A DNA stretch of 64,000 nt, from the NCBI GenBank assembly GCA_051313645.2, contig JBNRSN020000029.1, positions 20,212,001 through 20,276,000 of the forward strand. Reading direction: 5' to 3'. A model generated the notes under the pieces. It saw nothing but the letters and a program-made list of their open reading frames with translations. It was not told the origin of the DNA and did no database searches. Positions 25,295 to 37,619 of this stretch are shown here, one piece after another; the first letter of the stretch is position 1; each line of letters begins with the position of its first letter. This DNA comes from Centroscyllium fabricii (Eukaryota). Made by a program: the position numbers and the translations under genes.

Positions 25295-26872
25295 GGAGAA
25301 CAATCTTAAAATGTATAAATCACCAGGACTGGATGAGATGCATCCAGAGGATGCTAAGGGACATAAAGCTGGAAATTGCGAAGGTACTGACGATATTTTT
25401 CAAATACTAATTTGGTAAGGGGTGTTGCCCGAGTAATAGAAAATTGGAGATGCTACACCCGTGTTCAAACAAGGAGTAAGAAAATACCAATAACTACAGG
25501 CCTGTCAGTTTTACCTCGGTAGTGGGTAGCTTTGAGACACATTAATCCGGAACAAAATTAACAGTCATTTGGACATGTGTGGATAATTTAAGGAAAGGCG
25601 GCAAGTATAGTTAATGGAAAATAGTGTTTACTATCTTGATTATTTTTTTTGATGAGGCAACAGAGGATGATTGATGAAGGCAATGTGGTGCATGTGGTCC
25701 ACATGGATTTTGATAAAGTACCACATTATAGGCTTGCCGGCAATTTTGAAGTCCATGTCATAAAACAGACAGGGGCAGCATGGATACGTAATTGGCAAAG
25801 TGACAGGAAGCAGACAGTAGTGGTGAACAGTTGTGTTCGGACTGGAGGAAGTTGCACAATCATGTTGTCTGGGGATCGTTATTGGACCACTATTTTTCTA
25901 GATATATATTAATGTGTCAGACTTCGACGTACAGGGCACAATTTCAATTCGTTCAGATGACACAACAAATGCAGGTATAGTCAACAGTGAGGATAATAGT
26001 GCCAGACTTCAGGAGGGTATAGGAAGGGTGGAGGAATAGGGCACACCCGTGGCAGATTAAATGTAATGCAGGAGAATGCAAAGTGAATCATTTTGGTAGG
26101 AGGACGAGGAGAGGTAATATGAACTAAATTGTTCAATTGTAAAGTTGTTGCACCAAAAGAAAAACCTGGGGGTATATGTGCACACATCGTGGAATGTGGC
26201 GGGGCAAGTGCTGAACGCATTTATAAAAAACATACGGCATGTTGGACTATGTAAATAGAGGCATAAAGTACAAAAGTGAGGACGTTATGATGAAAATTTA
26301 TAAAACACTGGTTCAGTATCAACTGAATTACTGTGTCCAGTTCTGGGCCCCGCACTTTAGGATGGATGTGAAGTCCTCAGAGATGGTGGATAGTAGATTT
26401 ACAAGAGTGGTTCCAGTGATGAGGAACTTCAGTTACGTTGATAGACTGGAAATGCTGGGTTTATTGTCCTTAGAGCTCAGAATTTAGATGGGATTCTTAA
26501 TCGCGTTGTTCAAAATCATGATTGGTCTAGACACCGTAGACGGAGAGGAACTATTCCCTTTGGTGGAAGGGTCGAGATCCAGAGGACACAGATTTAAGGA
26601 GTTTGGCAGCAGAACCAAACGCGACATGAGGGGAAATGTTTTTTGCACAGCGGTGTTTAGGGTCTGGAATGCTCTCCCTGAATGTGTGGTGGAGACAGTT
26701 TCAATCGTGGCTGTCAACTGTAAATTGGATGAGTCCCTTCAGAGAAAAATGCAGGACTATGGGGAATGGGTGGGAGAGTGGGATTAGCTGAAGTTTTTTT
26801 GTAGACAGCCGGCACGTGCTCAATGGGCCGACTGGCCTCCTTCTATGTTGTAACCATTGTACGATTTTGTGA
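25295..26872 (+). mobile_element. CR1 LINE (different subfamily), decayed
   Basis: SPGLDEMHPEDA, VHMDFDKVPH, YCVQFWAPHFR, RGHRFK, VWNALP; tail GGCCTCCTTCTATG..ACCATT. Confidence 0.9.
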
Positions 26873-27469
26873 GTCAATAACTGCTGCTGTCGACTGTTCG
26901 GGATGAATAATCTGCTTCTGTACCGTAGATCCAATGCAACCCTATATATATGGGTCAAACACCATGCTGCCACCCTGCTCGCTGTTTGAATGTGTTCAAT
27001 TAAAAAACTGGATTGAATATTAAGAGCTGATTAATATTTTTACAATATTAGACTTTCCAATGCTAAATCATAATGTTTATTTGCAGAAACGACATATGAA
27101 CGCCTGTACATCCTGTTTATATGATCGTTGCTGTCATTTTAATCAAGACCTCGAGTCTGTAACTGTGGTTTTATAACATCTGTGTGTTGCCTGATTCCTG
27201 TATAATGTTGCTTGTACAATTAAATGCCAAATGATTGAATTAAACTCTATAATTTATTAAATTTCACAGCAAGATGTACATTTCCGCGTCAACTTGATCA
27301 CAAACATCAAAATCTCTCACTTTCCCATCTCTGTGTCGATCTGTAAATAGAATCAGAAATATTTCTATTGCAGCAGACAGACATGTGCAAAGTTTCATCA
27401 AGGGAGTTAAAATGTGCTTTGAATTTAAAATCAATATCTGGTCGCTTTGAACATAAATATTGTGAGCCA

Positions 27470-27830
27470 GGAACAGAGTGAGCAATCTGAGAAGATATAA
27501 AGTGGACAACAACAGAGTGATATGTATAAATGTGAAAGGAGCACATTGACACAGCGATTCACCAACATAAACATGATAAAGATGAAACGGAGTACAGCTA
27601 TACATAGACACCAGCAGAGGGAAATGTATAAAGCTGAGACGGAGCACAGTGTTAAAAAGTGAAACTAACAGAGGGCGATTGATAAAGTGAGAGTGAATAT
27701 AATGATGCAGGGTGACTCCAACAGAGATCCATTGATAATGGCGAGACTGAATACAGTGAAACAGAGTGACACAAACAGAGGAAGATTGATAAAGCTGAGG
27801 CTGAATACAATGGCTGTTGCATGTGTGTCT
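27470..27830. repeat. Degenerate tandem repeat with ACAGAG.GA..TGATAAAG.TGAGAC.GAATACA-like units
   Basis: Recurring ACAGAGG/GATTGATAAAG/TGAATACA motifs at ~60-bp spacing. Confidence 0.45.
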
Positions 27831-27979
27831 CAGTTTCAGCTCCTGTGCAAGGTAAAATTGGGTAAAAGGGACGCTTCCTTACTAACTCGTACAGCATAGA
27901 GTTTCCGTTCCACAAAACTGCCAGTTAATATTGCTCTTATTTATATTCCACCTTCAAATATTCTACCCCAAGTTTAAGA

Positions 27980-28490
27980 CCTCCCCAGTGAAATTTTCCA
28001 CTATGAAACTGCCCCTGACACTCGCCCTGTGAAACTGCCACCTGTGCAACTCCCACTGTGAATCTCCCCATCTTGAAATCCCGCCCCATAAAGTTCACAC
28101 AGCAGCAACACTCCCCCTCTTTGAAAACCTACCTGTGAAATAAACTCCATGAATTTACCTCTGTGAAACCCGCGCCCCGTAAATTACATCCCTGCTAAAT
28201 TATATCACTGTGAAAGCCACCCGTGACACTACCCCATCTGAAACACCCCCGAGTGAACTTCTGCTTCCCCGAATCTCCCGCTGTGAACCCCCCTGTGAAC
28301 TAAGTCCCTGTGATACTCCCTCTGTATCACTCCCCCTGTGAGTCTCTCGCATGTGAATCTCCCCCGTGAAAGACCCCCCCCGTCACACTCGCTCTGTGAA
28401 ACCCCCCTAAAAAACTCCCACCTGTGAAACTATCGCTGAGTAACTTCCCCTGTAAACGACCACCTCTGAAACTCCCAAGTGAAACACATT
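27980..28490. repeat. Degenerate C-rich minisatellite (~15-bp CCCCTGTGAAACT unit)
   Basis: About 30 variants of CTGTGAA(A)C.CCCC in tandem. Confidence 0.75.
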
Positions 28491-28654
28491 AATCGTGCTT
28501 TGTATTCAAAATTAGAGATGTTATTTTTTAACTTTATAAAGCGCTGGTTAGGTCACAGCTGGAGCATTGCGTGCACTTCCGGTCAGCACAGTTTAGGAAG
28601 GCTGTGATAGCACTTGAGTGTGTGCAGTGGTGATTTACTTGATCGCTTCTGGAG

Positions 28655-29790
28655 AAACATAGAAATATAGAAGATAGGAGCAGGAGTAGGTAATTCGGCC
28701 CCTCGAGCCTGCTCCACCATTCTGTGAGATGATGGCTGATCAATCAAAATCAGAACCCTGTTCCTGGACCATCCCCATATCCCTTGATCCCTTTAGCCTT
28801 AAGGAATATATCTAACTACTACTTGAATATATTAATTAATTGGCCTCAACTTTATTCTGCTGTAGAGAATTCCACAGGTTCACCACTTTCTGGGTGAATA
28901 CATTCCTCCTCATTTCTGTCCTAATTGGCTTAGCCATTATCATTACACTGTGACCTCTGGTTCCGGACTCCCCGGTTATCAACAACATCCTTCCTGCCTC
29001 TAGTCTGTCTAGTCCTGCTAGAATTTTATAAGTTTATGTGAGATCCCCTGTCATTCTTCTAAGCTCCATCGAGTATAAGCCCTATCGTCCCAATCTCTCC
29101 TCAAACGTCATTCCTGCCATCTCCGGTTTCAGTCTGGTGAATCTTCGCTACACTCCCTCCATGGCAAGAACATCCTTCCTCAGATAAAGTGACCAAAACT
29201 GCACGGAATACTCAAGATGTCGTCTCACCAAGGCCCTGTGCAACTGCAGGAAGTCATCCTTGTTACTGTACTCGTGCCCTCTCGCTAGGAATGCCAACAT
29301 ACCATTTGCCTTCTTAACCGCCTGTTGCAACTGCATTATTATCTTCAGCGGCTGTTGCAGAAAGACACCCAGGTCTCATTCCAATTCCACATCTCCCAAT
29401 CTATTGCCGTTCAGGTAAAAATCTGACTACTTTTTTTTTGCCAGTAAACTGGATATCCCCGCATTTATGCACATTAAAATGCATCTGCCATGCACTGCCC
29501 AATCATTCAACCTGTCCAAATATTACTGGATTTTCTCGGCATCCTCCTCACAGCACACACACCCACCAAGATTTGTGTCGTCTGCAAACTTGGAGACAAT
29601 ACGATTGCTTCCCTCGTCTGGATCATTAAAATATATTGCCAATTTCTGGGGTGCTAGAACCGATACCTTCGGAATCCCAACAGTCGTGCCTGCCACTCAG
29701 AAAAAAACACCCCTTCATTCCAGCTCGTTGCTTTCTTTCTGCCATCCAGTTCTATACCCAAGTCAGTACATTGCCCAGCAACGTAACATT
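28655..29790 (-). mobile_element. CR1 LINE 3' portion (HER1-like tail)
   Basis: VKKANGMLAF, HLEYSVQFWS; tail (GAAACATA)n..GGAGCAGGAGTAGG same as the SINE tails. Confidence 0.9.
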
Positions 29791-29917
29791 GCTGTTTGGT
29801 ATCTCAGTGTATGAAAGCTGGTGATAAACACCGCTCGGTGGTGACTTATGAGTGGAGCTAGTGTCGCCGGACTGACAACCCTTTGTTACGATGGTAATCA
29901 CCGGAAAATCATTGTCC

Positions 29918-30197
29918 TGCAGTGCATGCAGGCCTGAAGAACCACGCTGGAGACAGTGTGATTGGATAACACACATTTATTGCTTTACTCTGCAGGGGCC
30001 AGGTAGCAAAGAGAGTGAGCTACCTGGAACGGGCTTATTTTAAGGGCCCGCGGTTGGTGACGTCACCAGGCCGGAAGTCCCGGTGACGTCATCACGCCGG
30101 ATGTGGCGGTGACATCACCACGTCACCCGATGGGCGGGGCCGTGCCCCGCAGTACTCCCGAGGCGGATTCGATGGACTTGGTGGGCGTGTCACCACA
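29918..30197 (-). repeat. 3' LTR
   Basis: About 90% identical to 34208-34487 by eye. Confidence 0.95.
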
Positions 30198-30291
30198 CAG
30201 CTCCCCCCCAGAATCTGTGAGGGAGAATAAAGTAAAAATAAAAAAAGGAACATAAAGTTAAAATAAAAAAAGGGAGAATAAAAGATGAGTC

Positions 30292-33200
30292 TCAGGCGAG
30301 GCGTTGAGGTGGCCAGATGATGCGGCCGGCATGTGTCGTGCGCTGCTCCTTGTTCTGCGTGGGAGTGTGGGCGGGTTTTGGTGCGGTAGGGCATCCGCGT
30401 TTTGGTGGCTGCATGGGGACTGTTGTCTCACCCACCATTACATGTGCCGGTTTGAGCCGGTCAATCGAGACATTTTCAGTTCTGTTGCCCATTTTGATTT
30501 CGAATGTCTTAGGTCCCACCCGAAGCACTCTGTACGGTCCGTCGTACGGTGGCTGTAGTGGTGTTCGATGTGCGTCGTGGCGGACAAACACATATTCGGC
30601 ATTCTTGAACCCGTCTGGAACATGTGCTGCCGGCTCTCCGTGCCGGGCCACCGGTACTGGTTTGAACGCTCCTGCCTGGTTGTTGAAGTCTTTGAGGCCA
30701 GCTGACCAGGGAGCGTTGGGTTCTGCAAGGAACTCGCCTGGCACGGTTAGGAGTTGGCCGTAGACGAGTTCCGCCGCTGAGGCGTGCAGGTCTTCCTTGA
30801 CCGCTGAGCGCAGGCCGAGTATTACCCAGGGCAGGCGGTCGGTCCAGGTTGCGTCCTTCAGACTGGCCCGCAGAGAAGCTTTGATGGAGCGGTGGAACCG
30901 TTCACAGAGGCCGTTGGCCTGTGGGTGGGAGGCGGTGGTTCGGTGCAGGGTTACCCCGAGGTCGCGGGCGATGCTTGCCCATAGGGTTGAGGTGAATTGG
31001 GGGCCCCTGTCCGACGTGATGTCGGTGGGTACGCCGAAACGTGCGACCCAGGTGGCGATGAAGGCACTGGCCAGGTCCGTGGTGGTGGTAGTGATGAGTA
31101 GGACCGCTTCTGGCCAGCGGGTGCTGCGGTCGACTATTGTCATGCCGTGTGTATGTCCACGTGATGGCGGTAGTGGTCCGACCAGGTCAATGTGGACGTG
31201 GCCGAAACGTCTAGCTGGGATGGTGAACGTTTCTAGTGGTGCCTTGATGTGTTTGTGCACCTTGGCGCGCTGGCAGGCAGTGCAGGCGTTGGTACAGGCG
31301 CAGACATCCCTGCGCAGGCCATGCCAGACGAAACGTGCCGAAATCAGCTTAGTGGACGCATGGGTGCCAGGGTGGGACAGGCCATGTAGGGTCTGGAAGA
31401 TGTGTCGCCTCCATGCGTGGGGGACGACGGGTCTGGGCTGCGGGAGGGAGATGTCGCAGCGGACCGCTGTGGCTGTGGGCCCGTGTGCTACAGTGGCCAA
31501 GTGCAGGCCGGGGAGGTTGGTAGCTGGGTCGAGCAGATTAGGGTCGGTCAGTTGGTCGGCCGCAAGTTTGGCGTAGTCGACGGCCGTTTGTACGAAGTTG
31601 ATGGTGGGGAGTGACAGGCAGTCAGCGACCACGTTGTCGTGGCCGGCGATGTGTTGTATATCAGTGGTAAACTCCATCACAGCCGCGAGCTGGCACTGCT
31701 GCCTGGCCGACCAGGTTTCGGTGATCTTAGCCATTGCAGACACTAGTGGCTTGTGATCCACGAAGGCTGTAAAGTGGCGGACCTCTAAGAGGAAGCGGAA
31801 GTGGCGCACTGCGAGGTAGAGACCGAGTAGCTCCCTATCGAAGGCACTGTACTTGACCTCCTGGGGCCGGACTTGCCGGCTGAAAAAGGCCAGATGTTGC
31901 CAGGAGTTGCCTGTCCACTGCTCGTAGACTGCTCTGACAGCGTGGTCGGAGGCGTCAGTGGTGAGGGTTACTCTGGCATTGGGCCTAGTGTGGGCTAGGA
32001 GCGTGGCATTGGCCTGGGCGGTTTTGGTTGCGGTGAAGGCGGTGTTGGCTTCGGCCGTCCACACGACCGCAGCCTTGTTGGACTGCCCGCGGGTGGCCTG
32101 ATAGATGGGTGCCATGAGAGCAGCTGCTCCTGGGATGAAGCGGTTATGGAAATTAACCATCCTGAGGAATTACTGCAGCCCCTTGATGGAGTGCGGGCGG
32201 GGGAACTCCTGGACCACCTGCACATTGGAGGGCAGGGGTATGGCCCCGGTCTGGAAAATGCGGAGGCTGAGGAATTCGATCGTCTCGAGGCCGAACCGAC
32301 ATTTGGAGGGGCTTAATATTAGGCGGTATTCGACCAGGCATTTGAACAGGGTCCTGAGATGGAGGAGGTGTTCCTGGGGTGAGATGCTGGTCACGAGGAT
32401 GTCGTCCAGGTAGACGAACGTGAACTGGAAGTCCCGTTGGACTGAGTCCATGAGGCGTTGGAAGGCCTGGGCCGCGTTTTTGAGACCGAAGGGCATTTGG
32501 AGAAACTCGAAAAGGCCGAAAGGGGTAATGACAGCTGTCTTAGGGACGTCCGCCGGGTGCACTGGTACCTGGTGGTAGCCCCGTACCAGGTCGCTCTTTG
32601 AAAAGACCGTGCAGCCGGCTAGCCTTGCTGAGAAATCTTGGATGTGGGGGACGGGGTACCTGTCTGGGGTGGTGGCGTTGTTGAGGCGGCGGTAGTCTCC
32701 GCAGGGGCGCCAGCCACCGCCAGGCTTGGAGGCGATGTGAAGGGGGGAGGCCCAAGGGCTGCTGGAGCGGCGGATTATGCTGAGTTGTTCCATGCTGCGG
32801 AACTCGGTACGCGCGATTTCCAGCTTGGCCGAGTCCAGCCTGCGTGCGTGGGCATGGACTGGAGGGCCTGTGGTGGTGATGTGATGCTCCACCCCATGCT
32901 TGGCCATGCGGGCTGTGAAGGTGGGGTTGGTGAGGGCTGGGAACTCCGCGAGGAGGGTGCCGTACGTGTCGGAGTTCCGGGCTCGGCAGTGGGACGCTGC
33001 ATGGGCCTGATGTGCCAGCCCTGTGGAGCATGGGATGGTCGACATGTTGTGGATGTCAACCAGTCGGCGCCGGGTCTCATCGACCTTTAGGCCGTGGGCG
33101 TGGAGGAAATTTGCCCCGAGGAGGTGTAGTTTTACTTGGGCTGTCATGAAGTCCCACAGGTACGAGTGGCCTGCTAGCTTGATGGTGATCTTGCGGGTGC

Positions 33201-33708
33201 TGTACGTAACTATCTCGGAGCCGTTTGCGGCTTTGAGTGGTGGGTTTTGGGTGCCTTGCTTGGCTTCTCCGGGGGAGGCTGGCACGATGCTGTGCTGCGC
33301 GCCTGTGTCGCAGAGGAAGCGGAGGCCTGAGCCACTGTCCGTGATGAAGAGCAGTGCTCCGGAGCGGCCTACGGATATGGTGGGGCTTGAGCTGGGCTGG
33401 TGTTTGAAGGTGCAGGGCTGGACGCAGCGCTGCGCTTTAGCTTCAAATCTGGTGTGAAAGTAACACCAGCCGGGGCCTGTTGTGCTCGTCTTTTTGCGGT
33501 GTCGCGCTGGCCTGTATTCAGACTTGGGATCGGACCTGGGGTGCGCGTGGTGGTGCTCCGGTGCCGTGGCAGCGGGCTCGCACGTGGCGGAGCGGGAGCG
33601 TTCGGCCCTCATCAGCTTGTCGGCCTCCTCAGCCAGTTGCTCTCCACTGTAGTGGTAGAGGATCGTCAGAGCCGGTCTGACGGAGGCAGGCAGTTTGAGG
33701 AGGAACAA
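30292..33708 (-). pseudogene. Gag C-terminus-PR-RT-RNase H-integrase polyprotein with a single in-frame stop
   Basis: ORFs 32170-33708 and 30292-32160 are in the same frame, separated by one TAA; DTGA, YLDD, TDASD..ELL..DHKPL, HHCC, D-D-E and GPY motifs present. Confidence 0.92.
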
Positions 33709-34109
33709 GGTGCACTTAATGGTGGCTGGGTCGCAATTGAGCGCTTCGAATTGGGCCCCGAGGTCCGATGGGTCTGAATCCCCGAGTTCGGGGAGGTTAA
33801 TGAGCTGGCAGTCACGCTCAACTGGGAGGTGGTGAATTTCTTTAGCAGCGCGGCCTTAAGTAATTCATACCTGCCTGCGGTTGGTGCATGCTGTATCGTT
33901 GGCCACATTCGGTCGATCGTGGTCTGTAATAGGGCGGCGAAGACCAGGTTGTAGCAATCGTCCCCCTGTACGCCATGGATGCGGTAGGTGTTCTCGGTGC
34001 AGAGGAACCATGCCACTGGTCCTAGCTCCCAGAACTCTGGCAGAGTTGTTTTTTGTCCGGAGTTCTGGCCCAGTCTTTGAGGTCGCGCTGTTTCGGTCCC
34101 TGATGGCAT
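33700..34109 (-). pseudogene. Gag N-terminus (frameshifted relative to pol)
   Basis: LPEFWELGPVAWFLCTENTY..YELLKAALLKKF. Confidence 0.8.
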
Positions 34110-34207
34110 GTTGGTTTTGAGTGTACTGAGGCAGCTTGGCCCTCAGTCCTGCAGCAACTGCTTCATTTTGTTCCCTTGGAAGTCGTTCCAAGTATCGAGT
34201 TCACGAC

Positions 34208-34487
34208 TGTAGTGCACGCAGGCCTGAAGAACCATGCTGGAGACAGTGAGATTGGATAACACTCATTTATTGCTTTACTCTGAAAGGGGCCAGGTAGCGA
34301 AGAGATTGAGCTACCTGGAACGGGTTTATTTAAAGGGCCCGCGGTTGGTGACGTCACTACGCAGGACGTCCCGGTGACGTCATCACGCCGGAAGTCTCGG
34401 TGACGTCATCACGTCACCCGATGGGCGGGGCCGTTGCACGCAGTACTCCCGAGGTGATTCGATGGTCTTGGTGGGCGTGTCGCCACA
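34208..34487 (-). promoter_or_regulatory. 5' LTR with CRE/ETS/GC-box enhancer array, TATA-like element and AATAAA
   Basis: Three TGACGTCA, one CCGGAAGT, GGGCGGGG; minus-strand TTTAAATAAA at ~34325-34334 and AATAAA at ~34266-34271. Confidence 0.8.
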
Positions 34488-34558
34488 GTCCGACAATTAG
34501 ATAGAGACATAGTAGCTAGATAGATTTGCAAATATTTTTTCTGAAGACCCCCGCAATT

Positions 34559-35094
34559 GGCGAATTCTTACACACAACGTGAAGCTTTTAATTAAATAAC
34601 TGATGCACTGCCGACAATTGAAAATTTATTCAAACTGAATGAAAAAACAAATGCTCTTCCTCCGCGGTGTTCTGCTACGTTCCCCACAGACTGTGAGGAA
34701 CTACTGCCGTTGCACAGATCACGTTGGCACTGCACCCTCCGCTACTCATTTTCCCCTATTGCCACGTCGTTGCCCGCAGAATCTTTGTAAACTTGGCTCC
34801 GATGGGGCATATTTAATTATTAATCATCTGGACAAGATGGCGACAGGAACATGTGCTGGGAGGATCGCAAGCTGATTTTACGGCAGATATTACATCTATT
34901 GAAATTAATTCAGTTGGTTTCTGTATGTTGTGTGTAACGCCCAACTTCCAAATGTATTTGCTGTGCTCTGCCCAATAACGCATAACATATAGATGCCGGC
35001 AATAAACATATGTCCCACTGTTGCACCTGTAGATGCTCAGTTCTACCATTAACTTTAGCTTCATGAGCTCCAGTACGTGTAGAATTCTGCACCA
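34559..35094. mobile_element. Putative old MITE with imperfect TIRs
   Basis: GGCGAATTCTTACAC at the left end, GTGTAGAATTCTGCACC at the right end. Confidence 0.35.
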
Positions 35095-35214
35095 ATTGGC
35101 CGAAAAAAGCTTCGGTCAATTTTCTGTCACAGCGTTATTAATTAAAAAGACAGCTTCCAATATAAATTAACTGCGTTTAAAGGGCCGAACAGCAGATCAA
35201 ACTTGAACAAATTA

Positions 35215-35760
35215 ATTTGGTACAGCCTTTGTCAGATCCATCTTCAATAGTACTCTCTGCTCTTGGCATAATATCTCAGGGGTACAGAGCTGATTAATCA
35301 TAATGATGCCGGGGGACGAGGGTGTAAATTATGAGTACAGGCTACATAAACCTGACGTTTATCCCCTTGAGCTGAGATGGTTGAGGGCTGGTCTACTCGC
35401 AGTATTTTAAAGGATATTCTCTGAATTCGATAGGATATAAACAGAGGAACTACTTCCTATGGTAGGCTAATCCAGAACAATTGAATTTAAGTTCGGTAAT
35501 TGAGATGAGAAATTAGGCAATCATTTCACACAAAAAGAATATAAACAATTTGAACCACGCCCCTCACAAGACGAAGGATGTTGGGTTAATTGAACGTTTT
35601 AAGCATAAGATTAATAGATTTTTGTTAGGTTAGGATGTCAGGAAATATGGATCAAATGTAGTCAAATGGACTTGCAGTTCTCATCAGTAATGGTCTAATT
35701 GAATGTTGGAACGGGCTCCAGGGTTTGAGTGGCCGACTCATGTTCTTCTGTTTCTTTGTA
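35215..35760 (+). mobile_element. Old CR1 3' fragment
   Basis: Remnants of the CR1 C-terminus and GGCCGACTCATGTTCTT tail. Confidence 0.65.
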
Positions 35761-35924
35761 ATTCGTTTGATTGACAGGTATTCTTGGGAAATGTTGCAAA
35801 CTGCAAACCCTGTGCATTAGGCGTGCACTGCCACACACATGCTCAAGTGAATTAATTTTCTTTTTAGTTGTAGAAAATAATTTTCCAAAAATCACTAATT
35901 GAAGGAACTTTGTGCGCGTGAGTT

Positions 35925-36650
35925 TAATTTTATTAATGATGGAAGATGGGAGGCCGGCCAGGAGAGTATTGGAATGGCAGAGTCGGGGAGCATCGACGGC
36001 ATGGATGAGGGTTTCAGCAGCAGATGGACGGAGACAGGAGGTCGATATTACGGAGGTGGATGTTGGCGATATTGGTGATGCAGAGGTGTTGCGATTGGAA
36101 TCTCAGTTCAGGGTCAAATAGGACACCAGGGATCCGAACAATCTGTGTCAGCCAATGTCCGTGGAAGGGAGTTGTTGCAACGGGCCCAGGACATGGACTC
36201 CGATATTTGAGAGCAGGTGGATTTAATATCGAGGCCTAGGGCTTCAAACCTCGCCATGTTTAATTGGAGGAAATTGCAACACATCCACGGCTGGACTGAC
36301 AAGCAGCGCGACATATCAGAGGCAGTGGACGAGAGAGGTTCTAGTGAGGTAGAGCTTCGCGCCATCAGTCTAACTGTGGAGCCCAGTGTGTTTTCTGATG
36401 ATGTCCACGGGGTACAACATTTAGAGGCGAATTAAGCGTGAGTCTTTAATGGAATCTTGCTGGACTCCAAAGATAGCAGTGTGAGTTCGGGTTGAGGATT
36501 CATTGCAGGACATGCTCTGGGAATGACCGGAGATGTAAGAATATAACCAGGCAAGGATAGTCCAAAGCAAATGGTCAATGGATATGAAGCGATGGAGCAG
36601 AACTGTGTGGTTAACTATGTTAAAGGCTGCTGGCGGGTGATGAAGCATGA
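35925..36650 (-). mobile_element. L2 LINE RT fragment
   Basis: AAFNIVNHTVLLHRF..LAWLYSYISGHSQ..GVQQDS and WMCCNFLQLNMARFEA, typical of L2 RT. Confidence 0.8.
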
Positions 36651-37619
36651 TGCGTGGGAGTGCACCAGAGTCAGTACTAGTGTACACCTGACTTGCCAGG
36701 ATGAAGTGCAGTTCCATCCGCCTGATTCTCCTCAGGGTCCGCTGGAAGGGCGCCTAGTAACAGCCATAATTGAAGAAGCCTTTGCTCACCATTGTGAATG
36801 ACACCTGCCCACTCCGACCGACCAGAAGGCATCAGATGCCCGGGAAACAAAGTGAAGAAGTTAAAAATGCATTAGACTTTCTTTGTAACAGAAACCCATT
36901 TAATGCTCGAAGCTGGAAGGATTCTGATTGTTGCAGGTTTCTCGGGTCTTCAGCAGCAGCTGCCATTCTGCTGCCGACGACGGGAGCACCCACCGGCCAT
37001 GGTGCGCATCCACATTGGCTGCTCATGTGCCACTTCATAGGACCTGACTTCACAAATGCTGGCTGGTTCCTGTCAGGTGAAACTTACTTCAAGTGCACTG
37101 CACCTGACTGGAAGTCGGCACTGAGAGCGTATGCGTTTTGCACATTATCAACTATAAACAAGCTTTTGTGTAACTTTATATATTTGTGAATGTTTTTGGA
37201 TGTCATGTCTACCGTGTGTCTTACCAACTCTGTAGAGTACACCATTAAAACGTAGAAATTGTATTCTCTATCTTCATAGTATGCAAATTGGACTAAACTT
37301 GGATAAATAGATACATATATTTCACTCGATATGTGTGGTGCTGTTGTCGGTGTGTTTTCGAAATATTTTGAACTTAAAATACAGTTAGCAACTAGTCTTT
37401 TAAATATTTTTGAATTATAATTGCAAAATGTTACAAAATAAATCCATGCCCAGATCACAATGTCAGTGAAAGTTAACTAATCTGCTGGTTTAATGACTGT
37501 AACTTAAGACAATTATCCTGTAGACTTAAAATTTCCCTCTGATAAAAAGGAAGCTTTGACCTGAAGATGTTTGATCCGTATGTCATCATACCAATGGCCA
37601 ACGTAACCTCTCAGATGAA

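Larger units (their letters stand above)
29918..34487 (-). mobile_element. CsRn1-like Ty3/Gypsy LTR retrotransposon, full length
   Basis: 280-bp TG..CA LTRs, 4-bp TSD GTCC (29914-29917, 34488-34491), PPT GGGGGGGAGCTG next to 30197, degenerate tRNA-Trp-like PBS (TCGTGAACTCGA), gag LPEFW..PVAWF and CHCC motif WCYFHTRF..CVQPC. Confidence 0.95.

Noticed and set aside
30797-31576. 259-aa plus-strand ORF and other antisense ORFs over the CsRn1-like pol
   Set aside because: These are antisense shadows of a GC-rich coding frame with no recognisable domain.
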